NCBI GenBank assembly: GCA_024654485.1
Contig: JANLHO010000004.1
Location: forward strand, 1 to 39,118
DNA from: Patescibacteria group bacterium
Lineage (GTDB): Bacteria > Patescibacteriota > Minisyncoccia > Phycocordibacterales > UBA2100
Direction of reading: 5' to 3'
Length of the DNA: 39,118 bases
Shown here piece after piece: positions 1 through 8,962 of this stretch; position 1 is the first letter of the stretch; the number at the start of each line of letters is the position of its first letter. The notes under the pieces were generated by a model. That model was not told where the DNA came from, ran no database searches, and was given only the letters and a program-made list of their open reading frames with translations. Made by a program: the position numbers and the translations under genes.

Positions 1-997
1 CGGGAATTCGGGCGTGCTCTTCAATCATATACTCTCCTATCAATGCTGCGTAGGAGGCTGTGCCACATGCAGTGATTATGATGCGCTGTATCTTCTCAAG
101 CTGTTTCGTCACAGATTCAAGCCCGCCGAGTTTCGCCATGCCTTTTGAGGGAATGAGCCTGCCGCGGATCGTGTTTTCAATAGCTTCGGGTCCCTCCATT
201 ATTTCTTTGAGCATGAAGTGCTCGTAGCCACCTTTCTTGGCCTCCTCTGCATCCCAGTCTATCTCGGTCGGAGCGCGCTTCACTTTTTTCGCATTGAGTT
301 TGAATATCTTGTGGTCTTTCGGTGTTATAACGGCCACCTCGCCGTCCTCAAGAAACACCACCCTTTTGGTATGCGGCAGTATGGGCGAGGGGTCGGAGGC
401 GATAAAGTGCTCCCCGCTTCCGAGCCCCAGCACGATGGGCGAGCCCATGCGCGCCGCGATGATCTTATCGGGCTCGCCCTTATACTGCATGGCGATGCCG
501 TACGTGCCGCGCAGCTCGTTCAATGCGGCCAGCGCGGCCTTTTCAAAGTTTTTCTGCTTTCCGCCCGAGGCGGACCGGCCTCGGGCCGGCCTTAGGCGAT
601 GCTCCACGAGATGCGCGATTACTTCGGTGTCGGAATCAGAGGCGAAGGTGTGCCCCGCTTTTTCCAGCTTCGCTTTGAGCTCCTTGAAATTTTCAATGAT
701 GCCGTTGTGCACTATCCATATCTCCCCTGTGCAATCCTGATGCGGATGCGCATTTCTTTCGGTCGGCTCGCCATGGGTCGCCCATCGCAGATGCGCGATA
801 CCGCTTTTGCCATTGAACGCCTTGGGTACTTTTGCGCGCAGCTCTTTCACCGCGCCGCTCGCACGGACACTGCCCGACTCCGGCGTGTAGATTCCTGCGG
901 AGTCGTACCCGCGGTACTCAAGGCTCAAAAGACCGCCCAAAAGCACCTTTCCGGCATCCTTCTTGCCTCCCCCCGTATACGCAAAAATCCCGCACAT
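1..997 (-). CDS. glmS: Glutamine--fructose-6-phosphate aminotransferase, N-terminal ~332 codons (3' part runs off the window)
   Basis: Absent from the ORF track because no stop lies in the window. Minus-strand translation from ATG (997-995) reads MCGIFAYTGGGKKDAGKVLLGGLLSLEYRGYDSAGIY...LRWATHGEPTERNAHPH...WIVHNGIIENFKELK...SDSDTEVIAHL...ITACGTASYAA. This gives the Cys2 Ntn glutaminase domain followed by the start of the SIS domain. Confidence 0.9.
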   Translation of the reverse strand, partial: MCGIFAYTGGGKKDAGKVLLGGLLSLEYRGYDSAGIYTPESGSVRASGAVKELRAKVPKAFNGKSGIAHLRWATHGEPTERNAHPHQDCTGEIWIVHNGIIENFKELKAKLEKAGHTFASDSDTEVIAHLVEHRLRPARGRSASGGKQKNFEKAALAALNELRGTYGIAMQYKGEPDKIIAARMGSPIVLGLGSGEHFIASDPSPILPHTKRVVFLEDGEVAVITPKDHKIFKLNAKKVKRAPTEIDWDAEEAKKGGYEHFMLKEIMEGPEAIENTIRGRLIPSKGMAKLGGLESVTKQLEKIQRIIITACGTASYAALIGEYMIEEHARIP

Positions 998-1101
998 ATA
1001 TAGTAGACGCTAAATCTAGCACACCTCTTATGAAAATCTAAGGGATTTCTTATGACGATGGCATCCCGCCGAATTGCCATTGCTTGGTGCGCGCAGCATG
1101 C

Positions 1102-1170
1102 AAAAAAGTCATGCGCGTGACAAAAACGCATATTCCTAACTTGTTACGACCGTAACAACTTAGGAATATG
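1102..1170 (-). terminator. Tandem intrinsic-terminator-like hairpins after the serine-hydrolase gene
   Basis: On the minus strand, 12 nt after the stop at 1183, there is a 20-bp AT-rich stem (1129-1148 / 1151-1170, one C.C mismatch) followed by CGTTTTTG. A short hairpin (1108-1121) followed by TTTTTT (1102-1107) comes next. Confidence 0.55.
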
Positions 1171-1182
1171 GTGATTTTACTG

Positions 1183-2148
1183 TTATATGAGCACGATGTC
1201 GGCGATATCGCGGCGGAAGGCGTTTATAGAGGTCATATCGGGCGGACGCTTCGGGAAGGTACGGTTGGACAGGATTACGAGTCCGATGCCTTTTTGCATA
1301 TCGCAGACTACAGAAGTGCCGGTGAAGCCCGTCTTCCCGAAGCGTCCATCCGGATGCGCACCCAAGAATTCCCCCTTGATCTGCCAGCCCCGTCCGTGCA
1401 TGGCACCTTTGACGACGTCGCGCAACTTACCTTCCAAGAGCGCGCCGATAAAATTTAATAGGTCCGGCGCGGTGGAGAAAAGGCCCGCATGGCCAGCGGC
1501 GCGGCTCGCACGGGCGAAGACGTACGCGCTCTCATCGTGCGGGAGGCCGCACACCTCTCCCCTCTCGTCTATTTCCGTCGGGGCACAGTCGCTCGGCGAG
1601 GGGAAGAATGTCGTTTGCGTCATCGCGAGCGGGCCGAAGAGTCGCTCGTGCGCGAGCGCAGGCAGCGAGCTTTTCTCCACTCGCTCTATGACGAGTCCGA
1701 GCAAAAACGCCGGCAGATTCGTATATACGCTCTCTGCGGGAGGTCCGTCAAAACCCTTTTCAAATACGTGCGTTCGTATTTCTTCAAATGTTCTGAGCCG
1801 GAGCTTGGATAGCTGCGACCCGTGCACTCTGTATGTGAGCAGGTCCGTTATCGTGGCACCGTAATCGTTTTGCAGCTCCGGCAGATATTCCGCCACCTTT
1901 TCGTCCAATCGCAATTTTCTCTCCGAGATCATCTGTAGCGCTAGTGACGCAGTGGATATGGATTTTGTCACCGAAGCGACATCGTATGTTGTGTCAACGC
2001 GGACTTCGGGCGAGCCCGCCTCGTAGGTAAAACGGCCGAACGGCAACATTTCTCTCTCACCGCCATTACGAACAATGCCGACGACGACACCGGGAAATAC
2101 CCGCTCGCGGATAGCATTTTCTACGCGCGCTGATATTTCCTCATGCAT
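1183..2148 (-). CDS. Serine hydrolase, beta-lactamase/PBP-related (class C-like fold)
   Basis: 321-aa ORF with S-x-x-K (SVTK), Y-x-N (YTN) and K-T-G (GKTGFTG) motifs in the expected order. Confidence 0.8.
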   Translation of the reverse strand: MHEEISARVENAIRERVFPGVVVGIVRNGGEREMLPFGRFTYEAGSPEVRVDTTYDVASVTKSISTASLALQMISERKLRLDEKVAEYLPELQNDYGATITDLLTYRVHGSQLSKLRLRTFEEIRTHVFEKGFDGPPAESVYTNLPAFLLGLVIERVEKSSLPALAHERLFGPLAMTQTTFFPSPSDCAPTEIDERGEVCGLPHDESAYVFARASRAAGHAGLFSTAPDLLNFIGALLEGKLRDVVKGAMHGRGWQIKGEFLGAHPDGRFGKTGFTGTSVVCDMQKGIGLVILSNRTFPKRPPDMTSINAFRRDIADIVLI

Positions 2149-3235
2149 CTGGGTACGCCTTCTTTATCTCCTGCGCAAGATACGGGTCCCACATCGCGCC
2201 GGTCGCACTCATTACGGAATCGGCTCCGGCATCGCGATATGCTTTGTAATCCTCCGGCACCGTTACGCCGCCTACGCCTTCTATTGAAAACTCGTAACTT
2301 TTCTTTTCGCGTATCGCGGCGAGCCGCCTTATCTGCTCCACTCCCGCCCAACGGATGCTCGCGCCGCATATACCGGAGCGAAGCCGCGCCGTAGAGCCGG
2401 GCAGCGCCTGCGCTCCGCTTTGGTCGCGGATTTCCGCCTGCAGCGTGTTGATGCCGGCTATGCTGTCGGCGTATTCATTTGCTATCTCCGCAAGGCGCGC
2501 GAGGTCGGCGTCGGATCTGTAGTAGCCCACCTTGAGGATAAGCGACGTATCGCCTATTGCGCCGCGCACGCCTTTGACTATCGCTTCCGTCATGTCCAGG
2601 TCGTAGCACACAAGACCCTCGTTGCCTATATTCGGACACGACAGGTTTATCTCCAGTATGCGCGCGCCCGTCTCATGCGCTAGTCTAGCCGCGAGCACGT
2701 TGTCGTCTATGAATTCCTGCCTGCTTTGGTCGGAGCTCACAGTACCCATAAAGCTTAATACCAAGACCTGCCCCCTGCCCTCCGCTTGAATTGCCTTCTC
2801 CACGTCTTCTTGCCACACGGAAGCTTTTTTTGAGGGTACGCCAAATGAATTGGTTATGGATAGCGGTTCATCGTATTTAGTATCCGCGATGATCGGCTTT
2901 TTTAGATCCTCAAAGGTGAGGTCGCCTTTTGGGTGAATTGCGAGCACGTTGGGGAAAGGGTGGCACGGGAACGCATCGCTTCGCACCGTCTTGTACACAC
3001 AAATGTCAAAACCTTTTTCAAATGCCGCTTTGCAAAATGCGGCATTCAACAATGGCCCCGCGGGAATTCCGAATGGCGTGTATACTTTGTGCCCTAAGAA
3101 ACTGTGCGACGGCTTACCTTTTTGTTCGTAAATCTCGCCGTCGGCGAAAGCGCCGAAGGGGCCTCGCTCGTAATTCTCCTCGTAGGAAATCGTTGGGTCG
3201 TAGAAGGGTTCGCGCAGCATGCTCACATAATACAA
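2141..3235 (-). CDS. Dihydroorotate/dihydropyrimidine dehydrogenase-like TIM-barrel flavoprotein (substrate not assignable)
   Basis: 364-aa ORF with ILEINLSCPN (class-1 DHOD-type active-site Cys loop) and C-terminal EGVGGV...SATGAM FMN-site-like motifs. Overlaps the downstream gene by 8 nt. The true start may be the Met at codon 6. Confidence 0.65.
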   Translation of the reverse strand: MYYVSMLREPFYDPTISYEENYERGPFGAFADGEIYEQKGKPSHSFLGHKVYTPFGIPAGPLLNAAFCKAAFEKGFDICVYKTVRSDAFPCHPFPNVLAIHPKGDLTFEDLKKPIIADTKYDEPLSITNSFGVPSKKASVWQEDVEKAIQAEGRGQVLVLSFMGTVSSDQSRQEFIDDNVLAARLAHETGARILEINLSCPNIGNEGLVCYDLDMTEAIVKGVRGAIGDTSLILKVGYYRSDADLARLAEIANEYADSIAGINTLQAEIRDQSGAQALPGSTARLRSGICGASIRWAGVEQIRRLAAIREKKSYEFSIEGVGGVTVPEDYKAYRDAGADSVMSATGAMWDPYLAQEIKKAYPDA

Positions 3236-3286
3236 GACGCCGACGCGTCGCGCGAGCGCGGCACGGCAGCGTCACTCCGGAGAATA

Positions 3287-3457
3287 TCACTTAATCTTAA
3301 CCCCCTTGAAGGCGCGGCCCTTCTTGGACATCTGATCCATGAATTTCCCGCTTTTCGCATTCACTTTGGTCCAGCGCTTGTTGCGCCCCGAAAATACCTG
3401 CGCGCGACTCTTCACCGAGCCGCTCCGTCCTCTGCCCTTCGGGCCGTTCTTAGCCAT
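3287..3457 (-). CDS. Small, very basic protein (56 aa), function unknown
   Basis: Below the track's size cut-off. ATG at 3457 to TGA at 3287 gives MAKNGPKGRGRSGSVKSRAQVFSGRNKRWTKVNAKSGKFMDQMSKKGRAFKGVKIK. It fills an otherwise empty gap, is co-directional with its neighbours, and has a GAGG just upstream of the ATG. Confidence 0.5.
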   Translation of the reverse strand: MAKNGPKGRGRSGSVKSRAQVFSGRNKRWTKVNAKSGKFMDQMSKKGRAFKGVKIK

Positions 3458-3519
3458 TGCCTCATTTTACCGCCGTAGCAAATCCGTCAAACACCTTTAT
3501 CCACCATTGCATCTTGCGG

Positions 3520-3873
3520 TCAGCTAAATGTCAAAATACTTATGATGACAAGGACATTCATGACCTCCCAGAGCAAAAAGTGCACTAGTATTGAAGCGTC
3601 GCGGTGCGCTATCCCGTAAAATATCCATGGCAATGTCACCATGAAAATGAGCACCCAGAAAGCGAGGGAGACGCCTTCCGCCGTACCCTTGGCGAATATC
3701 TCCAAGACCTGCGTCAGGGCGGTAAAGGGTCCGATTATGCCGGCGACGAACGTGACCTTGTCTAGCGCGACGATATAACGCGATCTTCGCGGAGCTTCGT
3801 GCGGCGCTTCGCCTTCGCGGCGAAGCACCTTGTGCCGCATTCCGAAATGATGCATGTATGCGAATAATATCAC
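3520..3873 (-). CDS. SemiSWEET / PQ-loop-like 3-TM membrane protein
   Basis: ALTQVLEIFAKGTAEGVSLAFWVLIFMVTLPWIFYGIAHRDASILV follows the bacterial SemiSWEET pattern (xLPQV...S......W..YGI...D..I) with T in place of P. It has a basic N-terminal extension, so the true start may be an internal Met. Confidence 0.55.
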   Translation of the reverse strand: MILFAYMHHFGMRHKVLRREGEAPHEAPRRSRYIVALDKVTFVAGIIGPFTALTQVLEIFAKGTAEGVSLAFWVLIFMVTLPWIFYGIAHRDASILVHFLLWEVMNVLVIISILTFS

Positions 3874-3893
3874 GAGTGCGGCGCACTCCCCCG

Positions 3894-4868
3894 TTAGCCG
3901 ACTATCCCCTCCGCATCTTTGATATCGTTCAACAATTTCCTTACGGCGACGAGCGTCTTTTCGTCAAGGATTGATATAGGCGTCGCGATTATTTTCTTTT
4001 TATTGAGCGCAGCGAGTTTTTTCTTGACCTCCCCCGATGACACGGTATCTACTTTGGATAGGAATACGTGCTCTTCCTTTTCGCAGAGCGCGGGGTCGTA
4101 TTTCTTTAGCTCGTCGCGAATAGTCGTATAATCGCGCACGACGTCGTCAGACTCCGCCGACACGAGATGGAAGAGCGTCTTTGTGCGCTCTATGTGCTTG
4201 AGGAATTTCACGCCAAGCCCCTTGCCGCCCGATGCGCCCTCTATAATTCCCGGGATATCAGCGATAATCAGGCCGTAATACGCGCCAAGATTCGGCTCCA
4301 GCGTGGTGAAGGGATAGCTGCCAACCCTCGCACCCGCGGCAGTGAGTTCGTTGATGAGACTGGATTTTCCCGCATTGGGCAACCCCACAAGCCCCACATC
4401 GGCTATGAGTCGCAGATCCAGCCGGTAGGTCGCCGTGTCGCCGGAAGTACCTTCCTCAAAATCTTTCGGCGTTGTGTTGGTGGCCGAGCGGAATTTGAAA
4501 TTGCCGCGGCCGCCCTTGCCACCGCCCACCGCGAGTATCCGCTCTCCCACGCGCGCAAGCTCGCGCGTGTAGCCGCTTTCCACGTTCACAATGCTCGTAT
4601 TCGTCGGAACCTTCAGTATCATGTCGGCCCCGTCGGCGCCGTCTATGAATTGACCGCGACCATCTGCGCCGTTCTTCGCCTGTATCTCCTTCCGGCTCAC
4701 GAACGGCTTCAGAGCATTGATATCCGCCACGGCCTCAAAATAAATAGATGCGCCGCGCCCGCCGTCGCCTCCCGTCGGACCCAGTGACATCTTTACCTTG
4801 TTGAAAGCTACTGCGCCGCGCCCGCCCGCGCCCGCGCGGAGTGTCATCGTTACCTCATCTACCAGCAT
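3894..4868 (-). CDS. obg: GTPase Obg/CgtA
   Basis: N-terminal glycine-rich Obg fold (RAGAGGRGAVAFNK...GPTGGDGGRGASIYF). G domain with GLVGLPNAGKSSL (G1), DIPGIIEGAS (G3) and LSKVD (G4). Confidence 0.92.
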   Translation of the reverse strand: MLVDEVTMTLRAGAGGRGAVAFNKVKMSLGPTGGDGGRGASIYFEAVADINALKPFVSRKEIQAKNGADGRGQFIDGADGADMILKVPTNTSIVNVESGYTRELARVGERILAVGGGKGGRGNFKFRSATNTTPKDFEEGTSGDTATYRLDLRLIADVGLVGLPNAGKSSLINELTAAGARVGSYPFTTLEPNLGAYYGLIIADIPGIIEGASGGKGLGVKFLKHIERTKTLFHLVSAESDDVVRDYTTIRDELKKYDPALCEKEEHVFLSKVDTVSSGEVKKKLAALNKKKIIATPISILDEKTLVAVRKLLNDIKDAEGIVG

Positions 4869-4920
4869 CGCCGCATGCTACCACAAAGCGCACTCGGAAG
4901 TGCCCGTGGGGCTTTCTCGC

Positions 4921-5154
4921 CTACTGACGCAATATGGAAGCGCCGGAGATAAATGTATCGTGCACCCACGGTATTTTTGCGAACCACGGCCCGAATATTC
5001 CGAGGGCGATGGTGGCTATTATCGCCGAGCCTACGAAAAACCCGATGCCGTAAATGATACCCACCGTGAACATGCGCGCGAAAGAGTTCTGCTTCTCTAT
5101 CTGCTTGTTGAGCGAATCCAGATGCTCTATTATCTTGTCTTGCCTGTCTTCCAT
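4921..5154 (-). CDS. Small membrane protein (N-terminal helix plus 2 TM), possibly DUF5665-like
   Basis: 77-aa ORF. Charged N-terminus (MEDRQDKIIEHLDSLNKQIEKQ) followed by two hydrophobic segments. The family name is recalled from memory, not verified. Confidence 0.5.
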   Translation of the reverse strand: MEDRQDKIIEHLDSLNKQIEKQNSFARMFTVGIIYGIGFFVGSAIIATIALGIFGPWFAKIPWVHDTFISGASILRQ

Positions 5155-5184
5155 GCCGGAATTATATCAGCATTTCTCGCACAG

Positions 5185-5661
5185 CTATTCCACGCCCACG
5201 CCCGTGATTACCACCGCCTCCACGGGTCGGTCGGGGCCGAGCGTCTCCACCTCCTCTATCGCCCTTACCACATCCAGCCCCTCAACCACGCGGCCAAATA
5301 CCGTGTGCTTGCCGTCCAGAAAATTGTTGTCGGCGGTGTTGATGAAGAATTGCGAGCCGTTGGTATTAGGCCCCGCATTGGCCATCGAGATCGTCCCCGC
5401 GTTGTTTTTGTTGTTCGCGTGTATCTCATCCTCAAACTGATAGCCGGGGCCGCCCGTCCCCCACCGCTCCACGACGGAGATGTCCTTGGTCAGGGGGTCG
5501 CCGCCCTGGATCATGAAATCCCTTATGACGCGGTGGAATTTCGTCCCGTCGTAGAAGCCGCTTTTGGCGAGCTTCAGGAAGTTGGCCACCGTCTTCGGCG
5601 CATCTTTCTCCATCAGCTCCATCCCGACATCCCCCTTGCTCGTGTGCAATATTATTTTCAT
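5185..5661 (-). CDS. ppiB: Peptidyl-prolyl cis-trans isomerase, cyclophilin type
   Basis: FHRVIRDFMIQGGDP...GTISMANAGPNTNGSQFFI...LDGKHTVFGRV are canonical cyclophilin motifs. Start placed at the internal Met (MKIILHTSKG), which removes the overlap with the upstream gene. Confidence 0.9.
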   Translation of the reverse strand: MKIILHTSKGDVGMELMEKDAPKTVANFLKLAKSGFYDGTKFHRVIRDFMIQGGDPLTKDISVVERWGTGGPGYQFEDEIHANNKNNAGTISMANAGPNTNGSQFFINTADNNFLDGKHTVFGRVVEGLDVVRAIEEVETLGPDRPVEAVVITGVGVE

Positions 5662-5674
5662 ACACGGGATTGTA

Positions 5675-6568
5675 TCATTTTCTATTCTCAAAATATCCGA
5701 AAAGCGCCTTTATGCCGGCAAGATTTTTCTCCCACTCAATAGTCTCATGAGTTTTTAGCTCCACCGTGATGGCGGGGATGCCTACGGAAGCAAGCCACCC
5801 CTCCGCGTCGCCCGTGATCTCATAGGCATCGAAAGAATCAACGGCGGGATACCCTGCAGCGCGCGAGTATGCTTCCATGATATCAAGGGTCTGCGGAAGG
5901 ATGCCATCTTCGCACTCCGAAGCGTACACGGCGTCGGATTGGCTGTGCCAAAAGACGACTGTGGCCGGAGCGCTCTTCAGGACAAAATCCCTGATAGCGC
6001 GGGATTCCGGCTCGGAGAACTCCGCCGAGCCGGCGCTGACGACATTGCCGCGCCACATGCTCTCCGGCTTCCACTTGCATGCAAAGTTGCGGTTCAGATC
6101 CACTTCGTGCGCGTTGAAGCGCCCTTCTCCCTCCGGCACATCCGTGCGCACATCCGTTATCGCGAATCGCCCTTCTTTGCCCGTTATTTTGTGTACCCCA
6201 TCGGGATTAGCTGATGGAATGACGGTGATTGTCAGGCCAGCGGGAATAACATTAGGATTCGCGTCCAGGTAGTCCATAAATGTGTACGCGAGAACCACGC
6301 TGTTCCATTCGTAGCCTCCGTGTATGCCGCCTACGAACGCAATGTGCCTTTCCCCATTTCCGAATGTGTATGCCTCTATCTGCCGACCCTCTACAGACAG
6401 ACCGATAACGCTGCGTTTTGGGCCATGGCTCGCCGACCCGATCTCATCCGGAGCGGATGCCCCAGGCGCATTGACGCTTCGCAATGTCAGAAACGCCAGC
6501 AACCCTCCGCCGAGTACCGAGGCTATAAGTGCGGTCGTAACGACCCGCTTCGTAAAAAAGGGCTTCAT
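5675..6568 (-). CDS. Secreted M14-family zinc carboxypeptidase-like protein (catalytic residues present)
   Basis: N-terminal TM/signal. IHGGYEW (His...Glu-Trp metal site), DLNRNF, SEPES, FWHSQ (second metal His) and ITVELK (general-base Glu). Confidence 0.8.
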   Translation of the reverse strand: MKPFFTKRVVTTALIASVLGGGLLAFLTLRSVNAPGASAPDEIGSASHGPKRSVIGLSVEGRQIEAYTFGNGERHIAFVGGIHGGYEWNSVVLAYTFMDYLDANPNVIPAGLTITVIPSANPDGVHKITGKEGRFAITDVRTDVPEGEGRFNAHEVDLNRNFACKWKPESMWRGNVVSAGSAEFSEPESRAIRDFVLKSAPATVVFWHSQSDAVYASECEDGILPQTLDIMEAYSRAAGYPAVDSFDAYEITGDAEGWLASVGIPAITVELKTHETIEWEKNLAGIKALFGYFENRK

Positions 6569-6590
6569 GATACTCAGTGATAGCCGCAGG

Positions 6591-7493
6591 TTATTGGGTG
6601 TAGTGTTCCATCACAGCTTTGATGCCCGCTTGGTTCTTTGTCCGCTCGGTGTCAGTGTGGTTGGTGAGAAGCACGCTTATAGCGGGTACTCCCTTCTTGG
6701 CGAGCCAATTTACCATATCGCCCGTTATCTCGTAGAAGTCAAAATCCTCGTATGCCTTGTAGCCGGAGGAGGCGGCGTACGCATTCGTGAGCACGAGGGT
6801 TTCCGGTAGAACGCCGTTGTGACAGTTGGAGGCAAATACGCCGCCGGCGGCGCTATACCACACGACGACAGCGGCGAGATCGTGCGTTTCCACATAATTT
6901 TTTATAGCCCGACTCTCCGGTTCGGAAAAAGCTTCGCTTCCTCCGCTTACCGTTCTGCTCCGCCATTTTCCACTCTCCTGCCAGTCGCAATCAAAGTTGC
7001 GATTGAGGTCCACGTTGTTCGCGTTGAAACGGCCGGACACCTGTACCGACTGCGACGATGCGACATCCGCCGCCGCAAACTCAGCCGTGGAAGTGCCTGC
7101 GACTTTGTAGAGCCCGTCCGGATTCAAGACCGGTATCACTGTTACCTTTACGTTTGCGGGGATAACGCCCGGATCGCCTTCCATATAATCCATCATTTCG
7201 CGCGCGACTAGAGCCGTGTTCCACGAGTAGCCGCCGTGTATGCCTCCGACGAGGAGTACCTCGGTGTCGCCCGTACCATAGTGGTAGGCGATGATATCGC
7301 GCCCCTCCACCGAGGTGCCGATGACCGATTGTCCCATGTCTTCTTCCATCGCCGAGCTATCGCCATCTTCAAGCGGGGCTGTGCTTGAAGCAATGTCTTG
7401 GACATCCGCAGGGCCGGACATGTTCTGGATGAGGAAATATCCGCCAAAAGCGGCAATAATTAGGACAAGAAGCACGATGATGATATTTTTCAT
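6591..7493 (-). CDS. M14-family paralogue with a degenerate active site (likely non-catalytic)
   Basis: Collinear with the neighbouring paralogue and shares DLNRNF and SEPESRAI. It reads IHGGYSW (Glu->Ser), VWYSAAG (His->Tyr) and ISVLLT (Glu->Leu) at the three corresponding positions. Confidence 0.75.
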   Translation of the reverse strand: MKNIIIVLLVLIIAAFGGYFLIQNMSGPADVQDIASSTAPLEDGDSSAMEEDMGQSVIGTSVEGRDIIAYHYGTGDTEVLLVGGIHGGYSWNTALVAREMMDYMEGDPGVIPANVKVTVIPVLNPDGLYKVAGTSTAEFAAADVASSQSVQVSGRFNANNVDLNRNFDCDWQESGKWRSRTVSGGSEAFSEPESRAIKNYVETHDLAAVVVWYSAAGGVFASNCHNGVLPETLVLTNAYAASSGYKAYEDFDFYEITGDMVNWLAKKGVPAISVLLTNHTDTERTKNQAGIKAVMEHYTQ

Positions 7494-7539
7494 AGTGGCT
7501 GCATTATAGCAGAATGCTCCATATCTCCCCTACGGCTCC

Positions 7540-8472
7540 TCAATCAAAGATATCGGCGAGATACGCGTCTATGTCCCTTTGGTCCATTTCGTAAAAGTTC
7601 ATATTGTTGTTGTGCAGGTAGGTTGCTAGCTTCACACCTACGAATCGCCAGTGCCACGGCTCGTAGATGTAGAAACCGTTGTCTTTCGGGTAAGAAAGCA
7701 CGAAGCCGTATCTGTAAGCGTTCCCGAGCAGCCACTGGTAGGCCGCCGTGTCTCCGAAGCCGTCCAGTTGGCCGCCTAGTCCCGTGGTGATGAAGTCGGC
7801 CGTCGTCCCGAGCTGGTGCTCCGAATATCCTTGGTCCGCGGAGAACGAGTTGGCGGTACCGGCTCCGTAAACCACCGTGTACTGTGACTTTAGCGATTCC
7901 TGCTCGCCGAAAGATCGGTACGCGGACTTGACGTAGAGCGTGACCCCGCCCGCTTTTGCCGCATCCAGGAGGCTCTGCAGGAATGGCTGCGCTTCCGTGA
8001 GGAACTGCTCCGGCTTTGTCTCGTTGTATAGATACCCGGCTGGAATGCCGGCGAGATGCGCCGGTACATAATTCTCATTCATAAAATATACTTTGGAGTA
8101 TTTCTTGAGAAGCTCGGGATCTATTTGTGAAAGTTTCTCAAGAGTGCCGACCGTACCGGAAATAGTGCCTACCTTCTGCTCCACACCGCCTACTTTTGAG
8201 CTCACGGCATCTATGTTCTGTTGGGTGCTGGAAAGAGTGTCGGAAAGTCCGACCGTTTGCGAGCGCAGGTCCGTAATGTTGAGCGCAAGCTCGCTGGTGC
8301 TCTGCGAGAGCGCAGTGGTGGTGGACGCGAGCTCCACGGTCAGGGAGTTCACGTTTTCCGTCAGTGCGGAGATTTTTATGAACCCGTATACAAGAAGGCC
8401 GAATAGTACGAGGAAAACTACGGCGGCCGGGGTGATGCTCGGCCAAAGACTTTTGATATCCGGATGCTTCAC
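7540..8472 (-). CDS. D-alanyl-D-alanine carboxypeptidase family (M15B / VanY-like), membrane-anchored with a coiled-coil linker
   Basis: YVKSAYRSFGEQESL, SEHQLGTTADF and EPWHWRFVG match the VanY/M15B motif set. N-terminal TM plus a Ser/Thr-rich helical region. Confidence 0.8.
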   Translation of the reverse strand: MKHPDIKSLWPSITPAAVVFLVLFGLLVYGFIKISALTENVNSLTVELASTTTALSQSTSELALNITDLRSQTVGLSDTLSSTQQNIDAVSSKVGGVEQKVGTISGTVGTLEKLSQIDPELLKKYSKVYFMNENYVPAHLAGIPAGYLYNETKPEQFLTEAQPFLQSLLDAAKAGGVTLYVKSAYRSFGEQESLKSQYTVVYGAGTANSFSADQGYSEHQLGTTADFITTGLGGQLDGFGDTAAYQWLLGNAYRYGFVLSYPKDNGFYIYEPWHWRFVGVKLATYLHNNNMNFYEMDQRDIDAYLADIFD

Positions 8473-8545
8473 GCGAAAGATTATATCATCTGCCCGCCCA
8501 CCGCGCTCTACCCCAAATACGACCTGTCGTGTGCGAAGTGGGGCG

Positions 8546-8779
8546 TTATTTCAATTCAAAAATGCCGGTGATGGCCGCAAGGCCGACGGCAAAAAGAAAA
8601 GCTCCCACTATTCGGGCTACCAGGTACGTGCGTTCGCTCGGTATATACTGCGCCCTCATTATCACTTTCTGGGTCCATATCTGCAGGCGAATCAGGAAAT
8701 CCGGCCGGACGACCGTAAGACCGCCGAGGATCATCAACATAAGTCCGATCAATAGGGGTTCCGTTTCCATATCTCCCAT
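8546..8779 (-). CDS. Small 2-TM membrane protein, unknown function
   Basis: Hydrophobic core EPLLIGLMLMILGGLTVV ... ARIVGAFLFAVGLAAITGIF. Start placed at the internal MGDMETE, because the upstream part of the 109-aa ORF is not protein-like. Confidence 0.5.
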   Translation of the reverse strand: MGDMETEPLLIGLMLMILGGLTVVRPDFLIRLQIWTQKVIMRAQYIPSERTYLVARIVGAFLFAVGLAAITGIFELK

Positions 8780-8962
8780 TCTACCATGCAGGCTTCTCAA
8801 GCATGCGCGCCAAACAGAAGCAGGAATATGGCGCTCAAAACCTGCTTCTTTTTGAATGGAAAGCGCGCCGAACACTAGGAAGAGAACTGCCCACAGCTTC
8901 GCAAAAAACAGAGTCGGCTCTGGTTCTATCTTTCCATTGTATCTAATCCCTACGCCTCTAGT

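Noticed and set aside
961-980. Apparent frameshift in glmS at the poly-C run (cctccccccg) just after codon 8
   Set aside because: My first count of the G/C run gave a premature stop. A careful recount (6 C on the plus strand) keeps MCGIFAYTGGGKKDAGKV... in a single frame, so there is no frameshift.
4798-5742. 314-aa plus-strand ORF. The same reasoning covers the other long plus-strand ORFs: 237-740, 1187-1864, 4167-4787, 8093-8755, 12058-12810, 12932-13558, 13320-14123, 14945-15673, 17903-18484, 22147-22845, 25766-26239, 30024-30761, 32733-33263, 33737-34273 and 36943-37515.
   Set aside because: Each lies antisense to a minus-strand gene with clear family motifs. Their translations are Arg/Pro/Ser/Ala-rich or otherwise non-protein-like, as expected for open antisense frames in GC-rich DNA.
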